Under the pieces are notes generated by a model. The model searched no databases and was not told where the DNA came from. It saw nothing but the letters and a program-made list of their open reading frames with translations. Of a DNA stretch of 44,091 nt, positions 17,701-26,418 are shown in pieces (position 1 is the stretch's first letter; each line of letters starts with the position of its first letter). Origin of the DNA: Verrucomicrobiota bacterium (GTDB lineage Bacteria > Verrucomicrobiota > Verrucomicrobiia > Opitutales > T3Sed10-336); contig PXDC01000071.1 in assembly GCA_003565135.1 (NCBI GenBank), positions 1 to 44,091 of the forward strand, read 5' to 3'. The position numbers were made by a program, and so were the translations under genes.

Positions 17701-20142
17701 CTACCGGGCATGGGTTTCCAACGCGTCGAACACCTCGTCCTGCAGCGTGCGCGGAAAACGGTTGAAATCGCGCGGGGTCCGTAATTCGAGGGCTTCCGGT
17801 ATGCCGTGCAACCGGTAAATCCGGGAGGCTGCGTCGACCTGGCGCCGGATCCCGTCCACCGGATTGTAGCGATCCAGTTCGGGGGCGACGACGAGGATGG
17901 GTTTCGGGGCCGCCAGAGCCAGGACTTCGTCGTAGTCGAAGGGCAGCCGTTCCGGCTGTTCGACGAAAAACCCGAGACCGGGAATCAAACCGTGGAGGTG
18001 GGAGTAGTGGCGGATTCCCTCGGTCCCGTCGCCGGGCTGCCCCTCGCGGAGCGGGTGCATGCCGCTGATGGCGACGAGGCCCGCGACCCGGTCGTCCAGG
18101 GCGGCGGTAAAGAGCCCGACCTTGGCCCCGAGGGCGTAGCCGAGCAGGTGAATCCGCGAGGCGTCGATCGATTCGATGGCGGCGGCAGCCTCGATAACGG
18201 CCCGCGTGTCCGTCACCATCTTGCCCATCAGCGTCCACTCCGGATAACGTTGGTAAAACGGCCGCGCCTCGTGGGTGCGGCTCCCGTAGCCGATCTGGTC
18301 GAAGGCAACAACGGCGAATCCGCGCCGGACGAGGGATCCGAAATCCGGCCGCTGGTCGCGCACGAAGTCGGGCCGGCGCGGGTTCCAGGGGTCTTTGGCC
18401 GACCAGCCGACGGCGTGGGCGTAGGGATGGAGCCATATAACGACGGGCCAAGGTCCCTCCTTGGGGCGACCGTCGGTATCGATGGGGTAGAAGAGGTCGG
18501 CGTCGAGGCCCGGTCCGTAGGAAAAACCGGACACGCCCATGCCCTCGCGGGCGAGGCGTTCCCTCCAGATGTCATCGCCCCGGGGCCGGTCGAAAACGAG
18601 CTCCAGCGGGTTCCGGCGGGGAGGGGCGTTCTCGCGGAGAGCCGTGGCATGGCGGGCCGGCAGCGCGGGCGGCGCTTTCCCGAGCACCTTCCCGATGCGG
18701 GTCCGGATCCCGGTGGCGAGCTCCTCCCAGGCGGCGGTTGAGGCAACGGGGACGCCGGAGGGGTCGAGCAGGAAGTCGCCGGTTTTACGGGCCGGAAATT
18801 CGGCCGGCTCGATCGTTGTGCCGGTGCGGTCTTTCCAGTCGTCGAAGGTGTAGCCGTATATCCAGGTTTCCGATTTGGGGAAATCCTTGCGGCCGAAAAC
18901 GGCATCGAAGAAGTCCATGAATTTCTCCACGTCGGCCACTTCGGTTCCGTGTTCGCCGTCGCGCAGGTGCATCCAGATTTTATCTTCCGCGTCGAGAAAA
19001 CGGTAGGCTTCGCGCGCGCTGCGGTAGGCCTGTTCGATCGCGAGGGCGCTGGCGCTGGACTCGGAGTAGGCCGAATACAGCATGAGGCCGCGGGGTGCGA
19101 TCAGGGCCATCAGCATGTTCTGGTCGACCGGAAGTTTATGCTCCCGGCCGGTGAAGAACCGCAGGCGCGGATGAAACCAGTGCGGCCGTGCCCCGGTCAG
19201 GAGCTGGACGCTTTCCACCACGTAGGGATCGGAGGTGAAACGCCAGGGATGGGCTTCGCCGGTCAATCCGCTGGAGGCGGCGACCGCCCCGATCCGGTCG
19301 TCGAAGGCGGCGGCGAGAAGGGCCTGTTTGCCGTTGCGGGAGTGACCGGTCAGGCCGATCTGGTCCTCGATGACCTCGGGGAGCGTCTGCAGGTAGTCGA
19401 CGGCCCGCGCCGCGGCCCAGGCCCACCGACCGAGGGCGGAAAAATCGTAATCCGGGTAGACGTCGATAAAGGTGTCGGAATCGTCCGGCAATCCGTAGTA
19501 CGGATCGGTGGCGCGGTAATGACAGGCGATGTACCCGCGGTTGATCGCGGGCCGTACCCAGAAGGAACGGTTGGGGGCGTGGTTGGTGAGAAATACCGGG
19601 AACGGGCCCTCGCCGTCGGGAATCATCAATTGCAGGTGGAGTTTGGCCGCGTGGTCCGGACCGAATTCGATCACGACGTCGCGCACCGTGAGGTCGCCCT
19701 CGCGGCGCTCGCTGGTCGAGGCCACGCGGAGGTTGTCCGGGGGGGGCGGCATGGTTCCGAAAACCCAGTGCTCGATCTGCTCGCGGATCCATTGGCGCTG
19801 CCGTTGCCACTGGTCGGCGGTTTCCACCGGCACGCGATCCCCGCCCTCGACGAGCATCAGCGGGTCGGGCAGTGCCGCGTTCGACGGCAGGGCGTCGAAG
19901 TCGGGCGGGAGCTCTCCGGTGCGCTCCACCCAGTCCTCCCAGGTTGAATCGTGGAGGTTCATGCGCTCGTTGGGGGGCGGGCGGCTGGGGATGAGGCGTT
20001 CGAGCAAGAGCTCGAGGTCGGCGCGGCGGTTGGGGTCTCCGGCGCCGGCCGCGAGGTGGGCGTTTGCGTTCAACATGATGAGAAGGAGCGTCAGCAGGGC
20101 AAAGAGGGCAAAGGGTCGACACATTTCCGGGCAGCATGTCAA
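17701..20142 (-). CDS. Secreted tandem alpha/beta-hydrolase; module 1 is CE15/glucuronoyl-esterase-like, module 2 is a homologous copy lacking the nucleophile Ser
   Basis: 813 aa with a hydrophobic signal sequence. Module 1 carries a GHSRNG nucleophile elbow, and module 2 has the homologous GYALGA segment (see findings). Confidence 0.7.
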   Translation of the reverse strand: MTCCPEMCRPFALFALLTLLLIMLNANAHLAAGAGDPNRRADLELLLERLIPSRPPPNERMNLHDSTWEDWVERTGELPPDFDALPSNAALPDPLMLVEGGDRVPVETADQWQRQRQWIREQIEHWVFGTMPPPPDNLRVASTSERREGDLTVRDVVIEFGPDHAAKLHLQLMIPDGEGPFPVFLTNHAPNRSFWVRPAINRGYIACHYRATDPYYGLPDDSDTFIDVYPDYDFSALGRWAWAAARAVDYLQTLPEVIEDQIGLTGHSRNGKQALLAAAFDDRIGAVAASSGLTGEAHPWRFTSDPYVVESVQLLTGARPHWFHPRLRFFTGREHKLPVDQNMLMALIAPRGLMLYSAYSESSASALAIEQAYRSAREAYRFLDAEDKIWMHLRDGEHGTEVADVEKFMDFFDAVFGRKDFPKSETWIYGYTFDDWKDRTGTTIEPAEFPARKTGDFLLDPSGVPVASTAAWEELATGIRTRIGKVLGKAPPALPARHATALRENAPPRRNPLELVFDRPRGDDIWRERLAREGMGVSGFSYGPGLDADLFYPIDTDGRPKEGPWPVVIWLHPYAHAVGWSAKDPWNPRRPDFVRDQRPDFGSLVRRGFAVVAFDQIGYGSRTHEARPFYQRYPEWTLMGKMVTDTRAVIEAAAAIESIDASRIHLLGYALGAKVGLFTAALDDRVAGLVAISGMHPLREGQPGDGTEGIRHYSHLHGLIPGLGFFVEQPERLPFDYDEVLALAAPKPILVVAPELDRYNPVDGIRRQVDAASRIYRLHGIPEALELRTPRDFNRFPRTLQDEVFDALETHAR

Positions 20143-20166
20143 GGCGCACCGCCCGCATTCAAACCT

Positions 20167-21792
20167 TTAATTCCCGGCCCCGGCGTTTTCCATCTCCATC
20201 CGGGCGATGTAGTCGCTGACGTTGCAGGTGAGCATGCGGCTTCCGTCGGGACGAACCTCGAGCACCTTGTTGACCACGGGGTCGAGAAAATCGCGGTCGT
20301 GACTCACGAGGATCACCGTGCCGGGGAAGAGCTTGATGGCGTCCTGGAGGACGGATTTGCTGCGGATGTCCAGGTGGTTGGTGGGCTCGTCGAGAATCAT
20401 GCAGTTGGCCGGGCGCATGAGGATTTTGGCCAGGGCGACCCGGTTGCGTTCGCCCCCCGAGAGCACGCTGACCGGTTTGTGCTGTTCGCCGCCGCTGAAG
20501 AGCAGGGCGCCCAGGGCCGCCCGGGGATTGGCCTCCGGATTGTCCACCACGGCCGTTTCCACTTCCTCCAGGACGGTCCGGTCAGGGTCGAGTTCCTCCG
20601 CCTGTTGCTGGGCGAAATAGCCGAGGACGGTGTTGACGCCGACCGCCCGCTCACCCGCGTCGATCGGTTCGATCCCGGCGAGAATGCGGGCGAGGGTGGA
20701 CTTGCCGGCGCCGTTTACCCCGACCACCGCGATGCGATCCCCCTTGTCGATCCGCAGGCTCAGGCCGCGGAAGACCTTGATCTCCCCGTAAGCCTTGTGC
20801 ACGTCGGTCAGCTCGACCACCTTCTGGCTGGCCGGGGGAGGCTCGGGAAAGCGGAAAAAAATCTTCTTTTCCTCGCGCTCGGGTTCGATGATCTCGGTCT
20901 TGTCCAGTTGTTTGATCCGGCTCTGCACCATGCTGGCTTTCTTTTGGTTGGACCGAAAGCGGTTGATGAACTCCTTCTGCCGGGCAATCTCCTTCTTTTG
21001 TTCGGCCGCCTTCTTGCGCCGGGCCGCGATCCGGGCCGCGCTCTCCCTCTCGTAGAGGTCGTAGTTGCCGGAGTAGGTGTTCAGGACGCCGAGCTTGAGC
21101 TCGTACGTCTTGTTGGTGACCGCGTTGAGGAATGCTTTGTCGTGCGAGATCACCATGAGGGCTCCGCGGTAGTTTCGCAGGTACTGCTCCAGCCAGTACT
21201 GGGAGACGATGTCGAGGTGGTTGGTGGGTTCGTCGAGGAGCAGGAGGGAGGGGTTTTGCAGGAGGAGTTTGGCCAGGGCGATGCGCATTTGCCAGCCCCC
21301 CGAGAATTCGCCCGTGTCGCGCTCGAGGTCCTGGCGGGAGAAACCGAGGCCGTGCAGGATACGTTCGATGCGGGATTTCATCTTTTCCGGTTCGTGGTCC
21401 TCCAGTTGCTGCTCCCATTCGCCGATTGTGTCGATGATCTCGTAATAGGCTTCTTCAGCGGGATCGAGCTCGTACATTTTTTCGGTTGCGGCGTCGATTT
21501 TTCGCTGCAGTGTGAGCACGTCGGCGAAGGCGGATTCGGCTTCGGCATAAAGGGTGCGTCCGACCGATGAGATCCCGTCCTGCGGCAGGTAGCCGAGCGT
21601 GACGTAATCCGGCTTTTCGACCGTCCCGTCGTGGGGTTCGACCTCTTCGAGCAGGAGCTTGAAAAAGGTGGATTTGCCCGAGCCGTTCACACCCACCAGG
21701 CCGATGCGGTCGTGCTGGCCGATCGTTGCGGAGATTTCGTTGAAAAGCGTGCGCTCGCCGTAGCGCACGGAGATTCGGTTCAGGTTGATCAT
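20167..21792 (-). CDS. ABC-F family ATPase (translation-associated, no transmembrane domain)
   Basis: 541 aa with two complete ABC cassettes (GVNGSGKST / FSGGWQMR / LLLDEPTNHLD and GVNGAGKST / LSGGERNR / MILDEPTNHLD). They are joined by a charged linker (RRKKAAEQKKEIARQKEFINRF). Confidence 0.93.
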   Translation of the reverse strand: MINLNRISVRYGERTLFNEISATIGQHDRIGLVGVNGSGKSTFFKLLLEEVEPHDGTVEKPDYVTLGYLPQDGISSVGRTLYAEAESAFADVLTLQRKIDAATEKMYELDPAEEAYYEIIDTIGEWEQQLEDHEPEKMKSRIERILHGLGFSRQDLERDTGEFSGGWQMRIALAKLLLQNPSLLLLDEPTNHLDIVSQYWLEQYLRNYRGALMVISHDKAFLNAVTNKTYELKLGVLNTYSGNYDLYERESAARIAARRKKAAEQKKEIARQKEFINRFRSNQKKASMVQSRIKQLDKTEIIEPEREEKKIFFRFPEPPPASQKVVELTDVHKAYGEIKVFRGLSLRIDKGDRIAVVGVNGAGKSTLARILAGIEPIDAGERAVGVNTVLGYFAQQQAEELDPDRTVLEEVETAVVDNPEANPRAALGALLFSGGEQHKPVSVLSGGERNRVALAKILMRPANCMILDEPTNHLDIRSKSVLQDAIKLFPGTVILVSHDRDFLDPVVNKVLEVRPDGSRMLTCNVSDYIARMEMENAGAGN

Positions 21793-21961
21793 AATGAAAA
21801 AATGGGAATGGAGACCCTCGGGCGTCCCGGCGGTCGTGGGTTCAGGCGATTGCGGTTCATCGGTCCGGGACCGCCCCGGCCGATTCAGGTGCCGGCATCC
21901 CGCCGGCGCGATTTCGCAACGGCGGGCTGCCGCGTCACTCCGGGCTCGTCCGGCCCCGGGT

Positions 21962-22210
21962 TCATTGTTTTTCGTACTCTCCGCTGGATATCCGCTTCAG
22001 AACCGTGAAACCGGCGTTCTTTGCTTCACTGACCGACGGCTTGCGGGTTTGTTTCGGCGTGTGAACCGACACCGGGAGTTGGGCGGAGACCGCCTGGCCG
22101 CATTTTTCGCATTCGGTCAGTCGCGGGTCGCCCGCCTTTTCCCACCGCTCGAAGCCCTGGCCACAGAGCCGGCAGGGTGTCTTTGCGGGACGGTAAAAAT
22201 AGAGCGGCAT
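21962..22210 (-). CDS. FmdB-family zinc-ribbon protein
   Basis: 82 aa. MPLYFY...CRLCG...CEKCG is the classic FmdB CxxC-x(n)-CxxC N-terminal ribbon. It lies 14 nt downstream of the PpiD-like gene. Confidence 0.75.
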   Translation of the reverse strand: MPLYFYRPAKTPCRLCGQGFERWEKAGDPRLTECEKCGQAVSAQLPVSVHTPKQTRKPSVSEAKNAGFTVLKRISSGEYEKQ

Positions 22211-22224
22211 GAACGGTTCGGGCG

Positions 22225-23880
22225 TTACCGCGCGGGCTGAGTGGTGCGCGGCATGGCGCGTTGCTGGATTTCCTGGATCGCGAATTGCCCGGTAAAGTTT
22301 GCCGAGAAACTGCGGGTCTGCTCCAGGCGGGTGATAAAATCCTCGTGGGTTTCGTCGATTTCCGGGACTTCGCGGTCCCGGATGTAAAGAAAATAGGCCG
22401 TGTCGTTTTCCTGGATCATGCGGGAAACCTGACCCGGACGCAGTTCCTGCAGGCGGCCCAACACGGAACGGCTGAGGTCGCCGGGAGGCGACTGAAGTGT
22501 AAAGGGTTCGAAGGACCGCACCGCCAGGCCTTCCTCCGCCGCGGCTTCCTCGAAGCCGACTTCCTCGCCCAGTTTTGCCACCAGGGTTTCGTGGATCCGG
22601 TTGCCGCGCTCGGCCCGAAGGCGCCGGGTCTCCTCCTCGCGGTAGTCGGCCGCGACCCGGTCGCGGACGTCCTCGAAGGGCGGAATGTAGGCCGGGTGGA
22701 TGTCGTCGAGCAGGATCACGATCATGTTGTCTCCCAGTGACTGCGGGTCGGAATAGAAACGGTCTTCATTGAGGGGGCGGCTATCCCGAATGATGGCGGG
22801 CCGTTCGCCCTCCGGGTACGGCACCAGGGTTTCCCGGTGGAGCTCCCACTCGTCGATCTTGGCGGCGAGTTCGTCCGAGTTCATTTCGAATCCGCCCTCG
22901 AAAAGGGCAAAGGTGAAATCGGAGGCCGCCTGCTCGGCGAGGCGGCGGGCGGCGCGACGTTTGAGGACGGCTTCAACCTGGTCCTTCACGTCGTCAAATG
23001 TAACCTCGCGGGGTTCGGCATCACCGGCTTCGTCGTCGCTGTCGGATTGTTCGTCGGCCTCGGGAATCTCCTCCTCCGGGAGGGAGAAATCTCCGCGGTT
23101 CCGTTCGAAATACTCGCGCATTTCCGCCTCCGAGGGCGCTTCCGCTTCATCGAGGTAGCGGTCCGACTCAAAAACGACGTAGGAGACCACTTTGTGGGGC
23201 GGTACTTCGTAGCGGAAGTCGTTTTCCTCGTAAAAGGTTCTCAGGTCTTCATCGTCCGGTTCGACGTCGACATCGAGATCGGCGAGCGGCAGCGAGGCCA
23301 GTTCAACGGTCCATTCGGTCCTCTGCCGGGCCAGGTCTCGCCGAACCGCCTGCGGAAGGGCATAACCGGGGCCGCTGAGCAGAGCGCGCACCTTTTCGAC
23401 AATGAAATCCTCCTCGAAAACGCGCGCCACGTCGTCCTGGCTCATGCGCGGATGGGCCTCGACGTTATCGAGGTACTCGGAGTAAAGGCGGCCGTCGAAC
23501 CGCCCGTCGGGACCCCGGAATCCGTCCAGGGAACGAACAAAATTCTGGAGTTCCGCCGTGGAGGGAGTCGGGATTCCCAAATCGCGGCCGGTTTGGAGGT
23601 AGGCCACGCGCTCCAGGGCGTAGGGTTGCAGGCGCTCGCCCCCGTCGCGGCCGTGCTGGATGTAGAAACTGATGCCGGCCAGCCGGTAGAGTTCCTGCAG
23701 ATCCCTGTCACTGCGAAGGTTGTAGCCGAAATAGTCGACCGCTTCTCCGCGCGGCTGGCCCCGTCCCAGCCCCGGCGCTTCGCCGATGGTGAAGACGAAG
23801 GCGACGATAATGACGAGAAGAACGACAAAGAACAGAATCTTGTAGCCGGTCTGAAAACGGGTCTGAATCCAGGTGATCAT
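22225..23880 (-). CDS. PpiD/SurA-N-domain-like periplasmic chaperone (membrane-anchored, degenerate rotamase region)
   Basis: 551 aa. It has the typical PpiD N-terminus (MITWIQTRFQTGYKILFFVVLLVIIVAFVF), a single TM anchor and long chaperone-like helical regions. I see no clear parvulin GGxLG motif. Confidence 0.65.
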   Translation of the reverse strand: MITWIQTRFQTGYKILFFVVLLVIIVAFVFTIGEAPGLGRGQPRGEAVDYFGYNLRSDRDLQELYRLAGISFYIQHGRDGGERLQPYALERVAYLQTGRDLGIPTPSTAELQNFVRSLDGFRGPDGRFDGRLYSEYLDNVEAHPRMSQDDVARVFEEDFIVEKVRALLSGPGYALPQAVRRDLARQRTEWTVELASLPLADLDVDVEPDDEDLRTFYEENDFRYEVPPHKVVSYVVFESDRYLDEAEAPSEAEMREYFERNRGDFSLPEEEIPEADEQSDSDDEAGDAEPREVTFDDVKDQVEAVLKRRAARRLAEQAASDFTFALFEGGFEMNSDELAAKIDEWELHRETLVPYPEGERPAIIRDSRPLNEDRFYSDPQSLGDNMIVILLDDIHPAYIPPFEDVRDRVAADYREEETRRLRAERGNRIHETLVAKLGEEVGFEEAAAEEGLAVRSFEPFTLQSPPGDLSRSVLGRLQELRPGQVSRMIQENDTAYFLYIRDREVPEIDETHEDFITRLEQTRSFSANFTGQFAIQEIQQRAMPRTTQPAR

Positions 23881-23986
23881 GAGTTGTGAGGTCGTGCCGA
23901 GTGGTTTGAATATAAAAGCGATGAGAATGTAAGCGCCGGTCGCGGGGTGTCAACGGTTCTTCGCGGTATGGACGGGGCGGGCGGAG

Positions 23987-25513
23987 TCAGGGTTTGCCGG
24001 CCGGCGGGTCTTTCCGGCCGGGGGCGGGCCGGGTGTCTTCCTCTTCGAGGAGATCGCTGATGCTGCGGTTCCCGAACCGGTTTGTTTCGACGTTCCGGAC
24101 CTCGTCCTGGTAATGTTTCACGATCGGATCGAGATCGTCGAGCAACTCGATGGCATCGCTGTTGCCATGGTCCTCGAAATCCCGGCGGAATTGCGCGAGG
24201 GTGATTTTTTCCAGGGGCCGGGCCGGTTGGTAGTGCGTGACCTGGGAGGTCTGGGCTCCGCTTCCGGGAATGCCGACCAGGTAGCCGATCTCGACCAGGC
24301 GGGACAGGCACTCGTTGACCACCTGGCTGGGAGCGCGGACCAGGGAAGTCAGATCGTCGCTGGAATAGGCCGGCCCGCAGGCTCGGAAACGCCGGCATGC
24401 AAGCACCAGGACGATCAGGCTCAGCAGCTCGCGCGTGCTGTGGCTGATCCGTTTCCACAGCTCCTGGTTGCTGAGAAAATTGGCGTTTTGTACCGCGTAG
24501 GTGACCTGAGCGCCGAAGAGAAGAATCAACCAGAAAACAAACAGGCCCAGCATGAATACGGGCAGGATGCCGACCGAGCCGTAGATATTGTAGGTGGTCA
24601 CCACGCGCTGGACGTAAATAAAGGTCAGCGCATTGTTCAGGGCCAGCAGCAGGGCGGCCACGATCGCCCCGCAGGCGGCCGCCCGCCAGGTGACGAAGGT
24701 GTTGGGCATGAAACGGTAGAAGAGGGTGAGGAGAAAAACCAGGAGCATCAGGGAAAGCAGCGGTGTCAGCCATTGCAGGAGATCGTGAAGCTGCTGGCCG
24801 AGCGGCAGGCGCTGGAAAAGGTTCGTGAAGGACAGGGAGAATAGACTCAGGGCGGCAAACGCCAGAACCGCTCCCAGCGAGATGATGCTCCAATAGAAAA
24901 CGATCCGGTGAAACATGCTGCGTCCGCGTTTGACGCCCCATACGGCGTTAAACGAGTTTTCCACCGAAGACAGGAGCTGGATCGCCACCAGGATAATGAG
25001 CATCATGCCGGCGAGGCCCACGGCGCCGGATTGGGTGCGGGCGATGAAACCGTCGATGAACTCGGCCAGTTGCGGATTGACCTCCACCTCGGTTTCGTCC
25101 CCGGGGGCGTCGTCGGTCTCCCCGGGGTCATCCTCCGGGGCGGTTTCCTTGGATTCGGGAATGGTGAGCTGGGGTGCGATGAAGGTGATGGCCCGGTTGA
25201 CTGTGCGTACCGCGACATCCGAATCCGACCGTTCCAGGATGAACCCGGACACGGTGAATCCCACCGCGATCAACGGACCGAGCCCGAGCAGAGAGCTGAA
25301 ACAAAGCGCGGCCGCGCGGCTCCCCAGGTTGAATTCCCGGAGACTGGAGGCGGCTATGGCGATAATGCGAAGGAAACGTAATCCGCGGGCGCGGGGTGTG
25401 CGATCCAGCAGTTGCGACGGTTTCCAGATCTCGGTTCGGAACAGGCGCTCGAGATGGCGCCGGCGCTCGCGAACCCGGTCCGCGATTTTTTTTTTCCTGC
25501 CCTTGGGCTGCAT
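23987..25513 (-). CDS. YihY/BrkB-family inner-membrane protein with a C-terminal winged-helix-like extension
   Basis: 508 aa. The N-terminal YihY signature (AAALCFSSLLGLGPLIAV) and about 6 TM helices are followed by a soluble tail of about 150 aa (SSDDLTSLVRAPSQVVNECLSRLVEIGYLVG). Confidence 0.78.
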   Translation of the reverse strand: MQPKGRKKKIADRVRERRRHLERLFRTEIWKPSQLLDRTPRARGLRFLRIIAIAASSLREFNLGSRAAALCFSSLLGLGPLIAVGFTVSGFILERSDSDVAVRTVNRAITFIAPQLTIPESKETAPEDDPGETDDAPGDETEVEVNPQLAEFIDGFIARTQSGAVGLAGMMLIILVAIQLLSSVENSFNAVWGVKRGRSMFHRIVFYWSIISLGAVLAFAALSLFSLSFTNLFQRLPLGQQLHDLLQWLTPLLSLMLLVFLLTLFYRFMPNTFVTWRAAACGAIVAALLLALNNALTFIYVQRVVTTYNIYGSVGILPVFMLGLFVFWLILLFGAQVTYAVQNANFLSNQELWKRISHSTRELLSLIVLVLACRRFRACGPAYSSDDLTSLVRAPSQVVNECLSRLVEIGYLVGIPGSGAQTSQVTHYQPARPLEKITLAQFRRDFEDHGNSDAIELLDDLDPIVKHYQDEVRNVETNRFGNRSISDLLEEEDTRPAPGRKDPPAGKP

Positions 25514-25615
25514 AAATTGGAAGGGGCGCGACGCTCGACGCGGTGCCGTGCCGTCCGTTCGTACGGCTGGCGCCTCCCCGGAACCAGCGGGTGGCCCGGG
25601 GCAACGGCGGCCGCC

Positions 25616-26365
25616 TCAGGTCAGCAGAACCAGGTAGGCGAAGGTGCCCATGCCAAGCAACCCCACCACCGTGGCGATGGCGATGGGAATGAGCGCCGCG
25701 GAGATGGTACAGAAGTAGATGGCGAGGGATCCAAGGACGACCGAAGCCAGCATGATGGGTTCGCCGATGGATAGGTAGAGGACGGTGAAGAAGCCGACGC
25801 CGAGCGCGGCGCGGAAACGGATGAAAGGGTACACCGCGGTGGTGCGGAGGAACAAAATCACCGCCAGACCGAGATCGACCGCGCCTACCAGGACGAGGGG
25901 ATTCACCAGCATCGCGCCGAAATCGAAAGAGAAAAGGAGCCCCATGTCCGGAATAAAGAGGGCGAGGCCGCTCAGCAGGAAAAGGATCGCGGCCACGTGC
26001 ATGCCGACGTACGCCATGTGCTCCTGCAACTCGTCGAGGCGCCGGGCGTGTTTGGTGCCCTTGGTGCGGCCCTCGGCCTCGGCCAGCATCTGGTCGACCG
26101 TTATCGGCGCGTCGTCTTCGCTTTCGATATTGAGCCGGACGACGTCCTCCTTGGGTTTCAGATTGAGCTTACGCTTTTCCGGGAAAAGCTGCGCCCGCAT
26201 CTCCGGCATGTTGGCGAGTTCCTCCCAGGTTTCCTTCTCGACATCGTAAATGATCGTTTCGTCGTCGATTTGGCCGGCTTCCGCGAGTGAAGCCAGTTGC
26301 TCGACATTAAAGGGCCCGCGCGAATCCTCTACGTCCTTTTGCCTGATGTAGTATTCCTGCAGCAT
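25616..26365 (-). CDS. GYF_2-domain membrane protein of unknown function
   Basis: 249 aa. An N-terminal GYF-like domain (YYIRQKDVEDSRGPFNVEQLASLAEAGQIDDETIIYDVEKETWEELANMPEM) is followed by 4-5 predicted TM helices. Confidence 0.6.
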   Translation of the reverse strand: MLQEYYIRQKDVEDSRGPFNVEQLASLAEAGQIDDETIIYDVEKETWEELANMPEMRAQLFPEKRKLNLKPKEDVVRLNIESEDDAPITVDQMLAEAEGRTKGTKHARRLDELQEHMAYVGMHVAAILFLLSGLALFIPDMGLLFSFDFGAMLVNPLVLVGAVDLGLAVILFLRTTAVYPFIRFRAALGVGFFTVLYLSIGEPIMLASVVLGSLAIYFCTISAALIPIAIATVVGLLGMGTFAYLVLLT

Positions 26366-26418
26366 TTGGTCTTGTTAGATGAGTAATGCACCGGCGTTTT
26401 TCAAGCGAAATGACTCCG

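Noticed and set aside
17081-18451. A 456-aa same-strand alternative-frame ORF spanning the permease/hydrolase junction, plus similar Arg/Pro-rich ORFs such as 19136-20158, 20651-21418 and 23877-24941
   Set aside because: These are extremely Arg/Pro-rich and low in complexity, and they overlap in a different frame with well-supported genes. There is no motif support.
19951-21570. Other gene-length antisense or shadow ORFs, for example 19951-21570 (+, 539 aa, opposite ABC-F). Further examples: 33330-34751 (+), 34871-36217 (-), 7024-8430 (-), 9452-10666 (-), 27987-29252 (+), 39447-40700 (-), 1860-3176 (+), 5427-6614 (+), 22837-23889 (+), 15850-17607 (+)
   Set aside because: Each overlaps a gene on the opposite strand that has clear family motifs. 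Their translations are dominated by Arg, Gly, Pro, Asp and His runs typical of out-of-phase reading of GC-rich coding DNA, and none shows a recognisable domain. The pattern is window-wide, which points to base composition rather than biology.
21793-21961. Possible tRNA or small RNA in the 170-bp spacer between the FmdB-like gene and ABC-F (contains gtcgtgggttcaggcg, vaguely T-arm-like, and a CCCGCCG...CGGCGGG hairpin)
   Set aside because: The GGTTCRANYC T-loop consensus is not matched. I could not build an acceptor stem or anticodon arm around it. The hairpin is more simply a terminator or attenuator-type structure after the upstream operon.
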